64,000 bases of DNA from Eledone cirrhosa (Eukaryota): NCBI GenBank assembly GCA_964016885.1, contig OZ024743.1, positions 57,784,001-57,848,000 of the forward strand. The letters run 5' to 3'. The position numbers were made by a program, and so were the translations under genes. Positions 14,008 to 26,869 of the stretch are shown here, one piece after another (position 1 is the stretch's first letter; every line of letters starts with the position of its first letter). A model generated the notes under the pieces. The model searched no databases, was not told where the DNA came from, and was given only the letters and a program-made list of their open reading frames with translations.

Positions 14008-14415
14008 TTTATAGCAAATATTCCTGCTAAAAGATGTCTTAGTCTTGCAGGCCCCATGAATACTCTTCATACTTATCTTGACATCCTTTTTATAGCAAAT
14101 ATTCCTGCTAAAAGATACCTTAGTCTTGCAGGCCCCATGAATACTCTTCATACTTATCTTGGTGTCCTTTTTATAGCAAATATTCCTGCTAAAAGATGCC
14201 TTAGTCTTGCAGGCTCCATGAATACTCTTCATACTTATCTTGACATCCTTTTTATAGCAAATATTCCTGCTAAAAGATGCCTTAGTCTTGCAGGCTCCAT
14301 GAATACTCTTCATACTTATCTTGACATCCTTTTTATAGCAAATATTCCTGCTAAAAGATGCCTTAGTCTTGCAGGCTCCATGAATACTCTTCATACTTAT
14401 CTTGGTGTCCTTTTT
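14008..14415. repeat. Tandem repeat, 81-bp unit x5
   Basis: atagcaaatattcctgctaaaagatgccttagtcttgcaggctccatgaatactcttcatacttatcttgacatccttttt recurs at 14011, 14092, 14173, 14254 and 14335 with few substitutions. Confidence 0.95.
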
Positions 14416-14612
14416 GAAGCCATGTTTGATGTACGAATATGCTTCCGGAATTGGGAGTGAGGGGGGTACGAAAGGGAGGATTTTACTGCTCTTTCTGGCA
14501 CAGTGATGCAGTTGCAGATACTCTTGCTAGCTGGTTTATACATTCATATTTCTCTCTACATTTGCCTGTGTGAATATATATATGTGAATATATATATGTG
14601 AATATATATATG

Positions 14613-14695
<83 letters not shown>

Positions 14696-14843
14696 TGATA
14701 TCAGCGTTGAGCCACGCGTTTTAATACTGAACATTGAATTCACTTATAAGTTTCGAGTGTTGAAAAGATACCACATGTAATAATTTGTATTAGCTTCCAA
14801 CTAACAGTAGGCTCTCATTCTCTTTCTCTCTCTATCCCCCCCT

Positions 14844-14929
<86 letters not shown>

Positions 14930-15068
14930 TATATATATATATATATATATATATAGGGACTGAATAGAAGAAAGATAGTCTAAAGATGAGAAATGAGAGG
15001 TGTAGATCGTGAGTGAGAGAAGAAAAGTGGAGAGGAGAAAACCCCGAATAAGATCGATAGTGCATATA

Positions 15069-16102
15069 TCTGTATATATATAAAATTAAGTATGTGTGTA
15101 TGTGTGTGTGTGTATTAGCTATAGGGGCCTACATCTTACGACCGATTTTCATGAAACTTTACAGGCTCATAGATTAGTCATCAGGGAGTGTTTTCTATAT
15201 ATCAACGTGTCGTTCTTTTATTCCGGGGTCATTCTGCAGATAAAAGTCGATAGGGAGGTCACCTTTTTTAGCTATCGAAAAATAAGAATTTTGGCTCTAG
15301 CTCCCACATTTTGCCACCATTTTGGCTGAGTGGTTAGGGAATTAGATTCGCCATCGTAAGGTTGTGAGTTCGATTCCTGGACCTGGTGATGCGTTATGTC
15401 CATGAGCAAGACACTTTATTTCACGTTGCTCCTTCTACCTGGAGTTGCGACCGATAGATAGTATTAGCAATTGGAAAGACCAACGGAAACATTGTTCCCT
15501 CGGTCCGATTTGACGAAAGTCGATCGTTCATTTTAGTTCAAATTTTAAAGCAAAATAGAATTTCTCATTGCACATCCTGTAATGGCTTTATATTTTGAAT
15601 TTGTTGTTCAGGAACGGCGTGGGAGCCGCTTAAATATTCAAAAATACCACCTTTTCGCTCAAATTTCCGCCTTTTCAGCTCCCACACTTTTTAACCGATT
15701 TCGTTCAAATTCGAAACTTCGGCTCCACCTCACACATAAATCAATTTATTTGGTTCAACTTTTATACTACGATAGAACCTATCATTGCACATCTTATAGT
15801 AGCTTTGCACTTTGCATTTTTTGTTCAGGGACGACGACCTATCATTAGCTCCCACTGACGTCGTCTGAGCTTTTAGTTGCGTATTTGAGAATTCATCGGT
15901 TTCCAATCAAGTAGCGTGAGAAAATTTGGCTTAGTGTTAGAGGTCATTACCTCCCTCCCCCTGCATGCCCCTTCGTCAGTCACCCGCGTTTCTCAGTGTA
16001 TGGCCATAGATGAGTCATCGAGAAGCAGTCGCTAAGATCAACACCTTTTCACCAAAGCAGATATTATTTTACCTACGTAGGCAACGCTGGGTACTGCTGC
16101 TA

Positions 16103-16103
<1 letters not shown>
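15069..16103 (+). mobile_element. Non-autonomous Helitron with a nested SINE
   Basis: 5' TC(tgtatatatataaaa), a subterminal GC-rich hairpin-like ggcaacgctgggtac, 3' CTAG, and insertion between A and T without a TSD. Homologous to 46673-47893 in opposite orientation. Confidence 0.75.
15323..15445 (+). mobile_element. tRNA-derived SINE (family B) inserted in the Helitron
   Basis: A-box tggctgagtggttagg, B-box gagttcgattcc, then tgagcaagacactttatttcacgttgctcc. Absent from the second Helitron copy. Confidence 0.75.
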
Positions 16104-16146
<43 letters not shown>

Positions 16147-16252
16147 GATTGACATTTGTCAATTTTAATTTTTATACTGCGCGGAGATGACACAATTGCT
16201 ATTTATTGAAAGTACGAATCCATTTAATGTTTTATTATTATTATTATTTTTA

Positions 16253-16646
16253 GGGCGGTGGATTGGCAGTATCGGTAGAGGGTCGGACGCCATGCCTTCC
16301 AGCGTGTTACGTCCCTTTACGAACTGAGTTCAAATCCCGCCGAGGTTGACTTTGCCTTTCATCCTTACGGGGGCGATAAAATAAAGTACCAGTAATGCAC
16401 TGGGTAATTGCTGGCCTTGTGCCTAAAGTAGAAACAATTATTATTATTATTTTTCTAATATCATCTCTACTGTATTTATTCTGAACGTGGGTCAAATCTA
16501 CATAATATTATATATTTTTCTTTACGATCTGTGTTCAAATCCTGCCGAGGTTAACTTTGCCTTTCATCCTTACGGGGTCGATAAAATAAAGTACCAGTAA
16601 TACACTGGGATAATTGCTGGCCTTGTGCCAAAAGTAGAAACAATTA
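16253..16646 (+). mobile_element. Two family A SINEs (full 16253-16440; 5'-truncated 16533-16646)
   Basis: ggcggtggattggcagtatcggtagag head, gagttcaaatccc B-box, conserved core and (ATT)n tail. Confidence 0.9.
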
Positions 16647-16882
16647 TATATTTTTCTTCGTTCCGTTATATGGAAGCCTGTATTTCTATAGACGTAGAGC
16701 TCATCGGTATAGCTCATGGTTTTTAGTTATATTATTATCGAATGTAAGCCAAAGTTAAATAACTTGAAATTAAGTAGAACCAGTAGGTGAACTAAATAAA
16801 ATGAAATGCACTCAGTCCTTATTTAGAATTGAGAATAACTTCCTCATTTGATTAGCTACACCTAGCAGTGTCACACACATAT

Positions 16883-16955
<73 letters not shown>

Positions 16956-16960
16956 CACAC

Positions 16961-17051
<91 letters not shown>

Positions 17052-17059
17052 TATAGTTA

Positions 17060-18108
17060 GGGAAGCAGAAAATTGCTTATTTTGATCCAGTTCGTGGTTA
17101 AGAAAGCCTGTTACATTCCCAGCATCGTTATGTAACTACCCTTGCAAACAAGACCTGGCAACTGAGGGAAAGTAACCATCAATACACCCTGAAGTGGAAA
17201 AAATTATCGAACGCGCCCCCTATCAGAGTGATATGAGAAGCTGTCGATTATGTGACCTTGAGCTGTTCCACATTTTGAGTTCGAAGACTAAGTTACTCAA
17301 CAATAAAATCGAAAGATCAATTTATTGTAACCATAGACTCAAAGAAAAGTTTTCGCACTACAAGTGCAAATCGAACCCTTAACCTCTTACTACCAACTGA
17401 CAAACTGCATATACTTAGACTTTATACCCTCTTATTGTATCTAACCCCTTTAATTACCCACAAAAACCAATATCAATATCCCTCCCTTCTCCTTCATTCC
17501 TCTTCTATTTCTTTTCGTTTTCTTCCTTTCTCCCCTCCCCTTTTTGGCTATCTTTTCTTTTCTTCTTCCCCCCTCCTTCTTTACTTTTATTTTTATCATT
17601 ATTATTTTTATCTTTATTTTATATATATATATATATTTATCTCTTTATCTCTCCCCTCTCTCTCTCTCTCCATCCCTCCCACTATTATCAATTTAATTCT
17701 CTTTAACTCACTACAATCACCGACATGAGTTCTACATATCAAAACTAATCAAAGAATCCTTCCACCTCAACCCCTCACTCCATCTCAGTTTGTCACTCTA
17801 CTTCCTAACTCTTCTCCCCCTTCCTCTCTCTCTATACTATTCTGTTTGTCCCCTCACTTTCTAATTCCTCTTCCTCTCTCTCTATACTAGTAAATACAAT
17901 TCCAAAAAAATGTTTTTCTCTATATATTAAGAACTATTTCAAGAGTAACTTACTCACTATTTTGAAAATTTGGACGTGAACAACAATTATAATTGAGTGG
18001 CTGCTATTTGCAGTATAGCAATATAAGGTTGCACTTACCAATGAAACGGTCGTAAATACCTGGATAAAATCCTTCTCTTAATGCTTACCTGTGTTTTCTC
18101 TTTTATAC

Positions 18109-18110
<2 letters not shown>
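17060..18110 (+). mobile_element. Heavily truncated PLE (endonuclease C-terminus plus pyrimidine-rich 3' region)
   Basis: [10 protein letters not shown]...YTLKWKKIIERAPYQSDMRSCRLCDLELFHILSSKTKLLNNKIE...CNHRLK matches the CxxC...CxH tail of ORF 55004-57304. Confidence 0.7.
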
Positions 18111-18148
<38 letters not shown>

Positions 18149-18158
18149 CGTGTGTGTA

Positions 18159-18232
<74 letters not shown>

Positions 18233-18557
18233 TTATATATACATACATGATATGTGTGTGTGTACATATGCATGAAGTGTGTGAATCAGTGAGTATATTG
18301 GTATCACGATTGCAATGTCGTGACTTCGATTCTCGGACCGTGCAATGCATTTGATCAAAGCACTATTTCATCTTGCTTTTGTCAAATAAGCTGGAAAAAC
18401 TGTGTTGCAGTGACACTGGTACCAAGCGATATCGATGTCTGCCTTCCCCTTGGACAAAATCAGTGGTATACAGGGGGGACCTGTGGAAACAATTGTAACA
18501 ACCAATAATTTGAGTTCCGATGCATCACTGACTTTTCGTTTTCCTTTCTCCCCCCCC

Positions 18558-18624
<67 letters not shown>

Positions 18625-18712
18625 TTAGTTACGCAAAACAAGACCACAAATTTCACAAGGAAGTCATTATTAAAATATAGTTTCTGATAGTTTCCAAGAG
18701 CACGTGCTAAAG

Positions 18713-20657
18713 ATGGAACATTTCTCCACGACGACGACAACGACGAGAAATGTGTGCGGTAAATACGGAAAGCCATTTCATTCTTCTGACGTCATGAATA
18801 ATAGCAGTAGAAGCCGTAATAACATCAGCAGCAACAGTGACAAGGAAAACAACAGTAGCAGCCGCAACAGCATCAGCAGCAGCATAAACAACAACAGCAT
18901 TAGCAGCAGAAACAACAACAGCAGCAGCAGCAACAAAAACAACAACCACAGCAACAGCGGCGATGGCAGTCGTAGTACCAGCAGCAACAACAAAAGTAAC
19001 AGCAGCTCTGACGACAACAACAACAACAAAGAAAAACCAATCTCGTTTGCAGGAATCGCAAAGAACCCGGAAACCATCCTTATAACAAATGAGGAATTAC
19101 AGGAACCAAAGAAGATGGTGACGAAAACCGGACACCGAGCAATCTGAAAGGCAGTCGAAAATTTTTCGAAACCCAACAGCACTGTACGGTCACGTACCGT
19201 ACAGTAAGCACAAAATCCCGTAGGGTTGAAAGAGCCTCAGAGGCTCAAATACAAAATGCCTTAGAGTCTGTATGGCAGCGGAAAACGCATATCACCCGAG
19301 GCAAGAAATATCCCACCGTAGACGTGCTTTTTGCCACACCCCAGGAGGCAAAGGCTCAATCCTTAGTGACCCTAAGGAGCGAGGAAATGGTGTTGGTGCC
19401 CTCCTACTGCGGACAAAAAATTGTGAGGGTCAAACTGACCCACGTCCCTCGCGGAATGGCCCCTTCTTGGCTGGCCGCGTCTGTCCTCGTCGGAATCGAG
19501 GACAAAACAACTATACTGCAAGTACAGAAAAAAGTACGAGAAGATTGGGTCGGCACCTCCATTGAGATGTTAATCCAAACCAACCAGGAGGGCATCGAAG
19601 CTATCCCGGATGTGATAGACTTCGATAACGGCACTCAACTGCCCATATGTGTTGAGGGCAAACGCCCGAAATGCTTTCGCTGTGTATCGAAGACTCACCT
19701 CAGGGCTTTCTGCAATGAGAAGACCCTGAGAAAGGAGAAAACCCCCCTCCTTCCGAAACCGGCTCCACCGCTACCAGCAACAGGACAGGCGGCAACCAGG
19801 AAGGATAGGTCCGTGGCACCCATACCAACGCCACGGAAATCAAGAACAGCAGCAGCAGTGGAAGTATTAACAACAAAAAAAGCAATAGCAACTGCAGCTG
19901 CAACAGAGACTCCACTGCAAACATCACCAACAACAACAAGTGAAAGAGTGGAGCTGGTACCCCTCTCCGACCTCACAGAATCGGACATGGAGTGTGAGGT
20001 GGGAGAGGGATGGGAAAAGGTCGCAAGAAGGCACATACGCAGAAGCAGCGCATCGTTGCCTTCGAAAAGGGAGGAAAGAAATGAAAAAAGGGTAAAGGCT
20101 ACTGCAAAGAGACTTACAGTAGCAACGCCCCCAACACCATCACCACCCACACTAACACCACCATCACTACCGGCGGCAACCCCACCGCCAACAACAACAA
20201 CACCTTCAACACCACCACCACAAGCACCAACATCGCAATCACAACAACAAAACACACACACCCAGCAACAACGACAAAAAAATAGCAGAACCACACCCCA
20301 ACCCCAGAAAAACAAATGCACAGCAATAAATACACACAACAAAAAACTAATGACTTGCATAATTGAACACACAGACATTTAACAGCACGACTACATAATA
20401 CCAGCACCAATCAAAACACCAACGAACATAAGACTGGTAAGAATAGCACAGAAACAATACACAAACATTAAAACGAAATTCCCCAACGCAGTTGGTGATT
20501 TCAGAGATCTAGGAGGGACTCTCAACCGGAGAGTATATTCGGATATACTCATAGAAGAGCCGACGACCAGCCGAAGGGACGATTCAACGGTCCCTTCACC
20601 AGACGATCAAGTGAAAAGGGATGGAGAAACCATCCTTCCTCTACGAGAAGTAAGGTA
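18713..20657 (+). pseudogene. Tx1 ORF1 (gag-like), interrupted by stops/frameshifts
   Basis: Ser/Asn-rich N-terminus, then CVEGKRPKCFRCVSKTHLRAFC (CX2CX4HX4C) and a Pro/Thr-rich tail. Stops at about 19145 and 20380. Confidence 0.75.
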
Positions 20658-20692
20658 AGGGGTCTTTCCCATCTTTTCCACTCCATTTCAAC

Positions 20693-23600
20693 ATGACCTC
20701 ACTCAGAATAGGCAGCATAAATGCGCGTGGCTTGGGGTCGTCATGGAAGCAGGGCCACCTGCTCAACGAACTCATGTCACTAACTTAGATGTAGTGGCCA
20801 TCAGCGAGACCAGAATCTCCGAAGCACGGGCCTTCGCACCGATCTTCGGCGGCTACGATGTGTACGCATCTCCCAGCCGTCCTGGATCGGGGGGAGGATT
20901 TGCTGTGCTTCTTCGGAGAGGTTTGGATCTCGCCATACGGGCTATCTTCCAGGACCCAGAAGGTAAGTTGGTGGTGCTGGACGTGACCAGCGGAGACGGG
21001 CAAGCTTTCAGGCTAGTGGCCGTCTATGCCCCGACAGGAGCAGGGTGGCCTGATTTCTTCCGACGTCTGGAGACCTTTCTTGGAACGTCCCGCTCTTGAG
21101 AGTTAGTGGGCGACTGGAACGGGATTTTAGATGCACGCTGGGACTGTGTGGGATTAGCAGATAGGGGAGGAGGGTGCAGGAGACTCACCAACCTACTCAG
21201 GCGTTTTGAACTGTCTGACAGGTACCGATTGGATTTCCCGAATGTGCCAATGTGGACTTGGACAAATCGTATAGGGTCATCCAGATCATATCTAGATAGA
21301 GTATTTTGTAGGGAAATAGATAGGTCTAGCATAGGCTGTCCACAATTCAAGATAGTCAGCTACACAGACCACAAATTCGTGATCTGTGAGCTTGACTTAG
21401 ATAGGCTTCATAGACGAGGACCCGGCTACTCGAAGCTAAACACGTCCTTACCAGCGCGCAAGGCCTACAGAGACCGGATTAGCGAACTAGTTAAGCAGGC
21501 GTTGATGGGGGTCATCGTCAACAACAAGTGGTGGTTTGCTCTGAAAAGAGCGATTAGAATAGAGTCCATTAGGTTTAGTAAGGATTTAGCCATAGAGAAA
21601 AATAGAGCAGAAGGAGAACTAGTTAGAAAATTAGACGAGGCGCTTAGCAAAGGCATCGCGACCGACGTATTTGCGGCGAAATTGGCCCTTGACCAATTCT
21701 TCAATGCAAAGCACGAAGGCTGCGTTGTCAGAGCTAGGGTACGTGCTCTCAGACACGAGGGGACGAAAGTCGTTCAATGGGCCCGAGTGGCGGAGTCGCG
21801 TCGTGGCAACAAAACCACGATCCGGTCTTTGGTGGACCACGACGGGCGCATGCTACTCGACCCCGAGAAAATGTGTGAAGCTTTTCAGCGACACTTCGCA
21901 CAGCCGTTTGGGGGCAGCGGCGGGCCGGTTCGAATGATGGACTTTAGTGTCTACCTCGACGGACTGCCGCGGCTCTCTATCCACAGAGGCGGAGGGTTGC
22001 CAAAAGCCGATAACAGCCGCTGAAGTACGGGAGGCAATGAGTGGCTGCACAAGGGGTAAATCGCCTTGGTTTGGATGGTCTGCTCTATGAACTTTACGTA
22101 CAGATGCCAGACTTGTTCGGAGGCCTCTTGGCGGACGTCTACTGCAACTGGCAACAGAACGGGAGAATTCCCAGCTCTGTGAGCCGAGGAGCGGTGGAAC
22201 CTACCAAGGGGATAACATAGATAATTTCAGGCCCATAACTCTGCTAAACACAGAGTTCAAGATTTTGGCCAAGGTGCTAGCAAAAGGTTGGCACTTGTCG
22301 TTGGTGGTTTGGTGGGAGAGGCGCAGACATGCGCCATTCCCGACAGATCCATCCACGACAACCTCCACCTCATGCGTTACATCGTAGAGAGGGTAGCTAG
22401 GGAACCTGGCACGGGTAGATCAGTCGAAATCTTTTGATAGGGTCGACCATCGTTACCTGGCGGCAGTCCTGAAGGCGGCTGGCTTTGGGCCCGTCTTCAG
22501 AGACTGAATCGCTGCCTTACACAGCGACATTTGCTCTGTGGTGAGAGTAAACGGTAACCTTTCAGAACCGTCTAACATCGTGCGCTCGGTCCGCCAAGGA
22601 TGTCCCCTCTCGTCCCTATTGTACGTATTGACTCTCGAGCCATTACTCCACAAACTGGAGATGTTGAGGGGCGTCCCGCGCGAACTAGGATGCGGAAGAT
22701 CCGTGTCAGCATATGCGGACGATGTCACCGTAGTGGTGTCGAACGCCAAACACATCGAGGCGATCGACACTACACTAAGAGAATACGAAGCGGTGACAGG
22801 AGCAATGATCAACCAGGAAAAGTCAGTGGGCCTGCAGCTCGGCACCTGGAGAGGCAGGTCCATGCCGTCCAACAGCGTCGTCAGGCGCTGGACGGACTGA
22901 CCGGTTAAATTACTAGGGGTCTGGTTCGGTCCGGACCTCCAGACGGACAAAAACTGGGACGAGGTGACGAGCAGGGTGGCTTCTCTCACCTAGAAACGGG
23001 CGAAGAGGAAGCTATCCCTGAAAGCGGAGGTGTCTAACGCGTACATCGCGTCTGTCATCTACTACCGCCTGACCGTCGTACCTTGTCCTAAGCCCCACCT
23101 GACTGCGCTGGAGCGTTTGCTCTTTCGCTTTTTGTGGAAGGGACGCGCTCCGATGGTCAGGCGGTCCATCTGCTGTCAACAACCGCTACGTGGAGGGCTG
23201 GGAATGCCGTGGCTGATGATGCACAGACACGCGCTCAGGCTACGACATCTCCACCTCTTCCTCGACGGTGATCAGGTGTGGTCTCCGTTTGCTAGACACG
23301 TCTTTCCCCAGCTCGTCTCCTTGAAGGAGCTGCAGTCCTGGGTCAAGCGAAGACCGAGAAGGAGAATCGGGCAATGTGATCGGTGGAAACTCCACCTTGG
23401 CGTTCTATAGAGGATTAGTGGAGGGGAAGAGCGACGACGTACTTGGGGAAACTCTAGGCGTCGAAGAAAATCAACTAGTCAATCTCTTCGGAAGAACTTT
23501 CGGGCCGGGGCCTATGGACAACTTCCAGAAATCCCTAACCTGGCATTGCTACCGAGGAGCTTTGCCAGTTCGAGATAAACTCTACAGGCATGGAGGTGCC

Positions 23601-24029
23601 GTCAGCCGGGAATGTCCGAGCTGCGCGCAGGGCGACGAAACCGTCCTGCACGCACTCGTCCAGTGTCCGAACATTGCTGACTTGTGGGTTTATGTCGAAC
23701 ACCTGCTGTCGCGTGTAGGACGGATCCAGCTATCAGCTGAGTCCTTCGTGAGGATTGCCCCGCTCCCCTCCTTTAGCCGGGAAGGGCAGGCAGTTTTTAT
23801 CTGTCTGGTGGCCATGGCGAAAGAGATAGTATGGTGGACACGTTTGAAAGGGCTGAAGACGAGCACTTACCTCTTCGGTGATGCCCTGATTAACTTTTTC
23901 AAATTTCATTTGAAAAGGAAAATCAGGGTAGAAAGGGAAGTGCTCTCTTCCCTGCATGTTGTTGAAAGATGGGTGAGAGAGGCAAGAATGGCCCGAGTGA
24001 ATGGGCCTACTCTGAGTACGTGTCTGTAA
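20693..24029 (+). pseudogene. Tx1 ORF2 (AP endonuclease plus reverse transcriptase), multiply frameshifted
   Basis: MTSLRIGSINARGL, VVAISETR, GDWN, YLDRVF, TDHK (APE). FRPITLLN, VRQGCPLS, AYADD (RT). ECPSCAQGDETVLHALVQC (C-terminal zinc motif). Confidence 0.92.
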
Positions 24030-24275
24030 ATTAAAGGTGGAAAACTGGGAGAGGGCACTTGCCCTGGTGGTCAGGGTTACTGTGGCTTTTTAATGGGCTT
24101 TCTCCACCAAAGTCCCTCGGAAGTCTCCCCCCTATTGGGGAAATTTTTCATTGTTCTATTATTACATCCTCTGTTTCTTTTTTTACACGCAGAAATGCCC
24201 ATTTGTACCGCCCTGTACTGTCCTTTACTGTCCTTAATGTCTACTTTATGTAAACCCTTGTGGTTAATAACGAAA

Positions 24276-24320
<45 letters not shown>

Positions 24321-24590
24321 CTTACATTAAACTAAAACTATGTTGACAATCTTTTAATAATGTCTTCCTTGTGAAATTTGTGGTCTTGTTTTGCTTAACT
24401 AATGAATATTTCCAGCTCTGTGCACCTAACCTCTGCATGAACCCAGCCACCTAGCTGCCTTCCACTGCATATTGCGCATTGAGCACACGTCTTTACGCTT
24501 TGGCTTCTAACTAATTCACAAATCTCTCTTCTCCTCTCCTATCTCCTCTCTTATCTCCATCTCTCTCTTTAAGATTGGTTACTCTTGAAC

Positions 24591-24674
<84 letters not shown>

Positions 24675-24720
24675 TATAACAATCGTTTCACCTTAACGGA
24701 TCCTCAGCTCGTATTGATTA

Positions 24721-24758
24721 CGAGCTGAGGATCCGCTAAGGTGAAACAATTGTTCTCG
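24721..24758 (+). ncRNA. Minimal hammerhead ribozyme in a solo PLE pseudo-LTR fragment
   Basis: cgag-CTGAGGA-tccgctaaggt-GAAA-caattg-TT-ctcg. Segment 24721-24858 is a close copy of 36682-36820, and a partial inverted copy lies at 24678-24712. Confidence 0.7.
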
Positions 24759-24855
24759 GTATGGTGAACTAACTGTTGTGTAACCACTTCTACCTAACTC
24801 GTCCCACGGACAGAGTGTCTACCACTACGGATATTACCTCCTTCCAGTGTTCTAC

Positions 24856-24973
<118 letters not shown>

Positions 24974-25163
24974 GGAATAACAAGTTATCGTTATAGGTAA
25001 TCCAGTTAGAGGTTGTGAGTGCTCTGCGTCGTGGATAGTTTTAACGTACGGCTTTTTTTGATTCAACAAAATGCATCCATAGTTATGCAGCGCGGTAATC
25101 TTTAACTATACATATATATTAAAATATAAGTATTAATAAAATAGATGTTCTTTTGATCAATTA

Positions 25164-25218
25164 CATTTTATTATATATATTTCGGATGTACAACAGTACG
25201 TCCTCATCAGACAAAATA
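25164..25218 (-). ncRNA. Minimal hammerhead ribozyme (left arm of palindrome)
   Basis: Minus strand: tattttgt-CTGATGA-ggacgtactgttgtacatcc-GAAA-tatata-TA-ataaaatg. Confidence 0.8.
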
Positions 25219-25327
25219 TAATGATACATGACATACCCTGAGATGTTAAATGGTTAAGATTTAATCAAGGTAGTACCTTGATTAAATCTTAACCATTTAA
25301 CCTCTCAGGGTATGTTATGTATCATTA

Positions 25328-25380
25328 TATTTTGTCTGATGAGGACGTAGTTGTACATCCGAAATATGTATAATAAAATG
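25328..25380 (+). ncRNA. Minimal hammerhead ribozyme (right arm of palindrome)
   Basis: tattttgt-CTGATGA-ggacgtagttgtacatcc-GAAA-tatgta-TA-ataaaatg. Confidence 0.78.
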
Positions 25381-25526
25381 TAATTGATCAAAAGAACATC
25401 TATTTTATTAATACTTATATTTTAATATTAATAACTCCTGAAAATTTATTTTCAGTTCAGTGCTTCCAATCTACTGTAAAACTCATTCTTTGACATAATC
25501 ATCGAATATTGTTTAACGACTTAATA

Positions 25527-25633
<107 letters not shown>

Positions 25634-26869
25634 CGGTAGGGTTTAGTGGCCCCGGAATCTTACCACACCTTCTTTGTTCTTTGTTATATATATATTTGCA
25701 TGTATGTATATATAACTCAAATCTCTTACCCACACGAAGTGATCCTCCTCACTGATTACCATTTATGTATACACTCTAATTGGTTGGGTTCGAATTTTAA
25801 TAATTCGGACTTAATTAAATTATTGAGTGACTGAGGAAACGACCAAAGCTGTGTCCATTCTATTCAATAAGCTTCTTTCCATAATTATATACATACATTG
25901 TTTGAGGTAGCCAATATGATGGTGTCCGTTCTGAGAGAGGTATCACTCCAATCCCCTCCACCTCCCTCCCCGCTATTCTACCCCACCTCAACTCACCTCC
26001 ATGATACTGTTGATGCCACTTCTGCAGTCAGATTTATTCCAATCTATTTAGTGATTTATTTTATAAACATTCTTCATGTAGAAATTAAATTGCAATCTTG
26101 CAAAACCATTTCTATATTTCACGTCTTTTGATTTCTGAAAATGTCAATTAATTCCCAGACTTTCTGCCGAAATGATTTCGTGATACATTTTTTAACATTT
26201 TTATAGCTTTTATTGGTTTTTCATCAATAATATTTACAGCATTATGTCCAAATAGATTGATATTGTTGTTATTGTTACCACTATTGGTGTCATTGTTATT
26301 GTTGTTGCTACTATTGTTGTTGTTATTAGCACTATAGTTATTGTTGTTGTTCCTGTGGTTGTTGTAATTGCTGTTGTTGTTGCTATTTATTTTCCTTGCT
26401 GCTGTTGTTTGTACTTTTATTATTGTTGCTACTATTGTTGTTTTTTCTGTTGTTGTAGTGTTGTTATTCTGTTTTACATTTCCTTTAACCAACCATTCGT
26501 TACGTCCGATATCTCTGCTCCCCCAGATAACTCAATTTTCTTGATTATCATTTTCTTCGATATCAGGTTATCTATACATTACTGTAGTAATATTGTATAC
26601 CGGACTGAGAGAATGATATACAGAGAGACACCATTTACATAAAAGGAAAATAGCAAAATTGGTGATAATATATTTAATGTAGTGAGCCAAGACTTTATAA
26701 TTAATTGAAATTACATCGGTGCGTAGGAGAAGAATTATTAGCTTGGTGATTATTACTGGTCAAGAAAAGAAAGGGAGATAACTGTTGCCAGATTTCAGTC
26801 ATATTAGACATCATTGGCTACCTACAGTATTTAAATATAACCGCCAAGCGTAAGTGTCTCGTCGTAGTT

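Larger units (their letters stand above)
18678..24319 (+). mobile_element. Near full-length Tx1/L1-clade LINE with disrupted ORF1 and ORF2 and an (ATT)n tail
   Basis: ORF1 has a zinc knuckle, ORF2 has APE, RT and C-terminal Cys motifs, and a 3' UTR ends in (ATT)n at about 24278-24319. Confidence 0.92.
25115..25428. repeat. Near-perfect palindrome (about 157-bp arms, centre about 25273)
   Basis: Arms mirror around aatcaaggtagtaccttgatt, and each arm holds a hammerhead motif. Confidence 0.95.

Noticed and set aside
14008-14415. Regular repeat array resembling CRISPR
   Set aside because: Units are contiguous with no unique spacers, there are no cas genes, and the context is eukaryotic.
16253-16345. 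tRNA-like A/B boxes (also at 15323, 43752, 62195 and elsewhere)
   Set aside because: They are SINE heads followed by the conserved SINE body, with no cloverleaf evident.
19404-23957. Antisense and alternate-frame ORFs over the Tx1 element (likewise 56079-57067 and 63102-63894)
   Set aside because: Shadow ORFs of GC-richer TE coding sequence.
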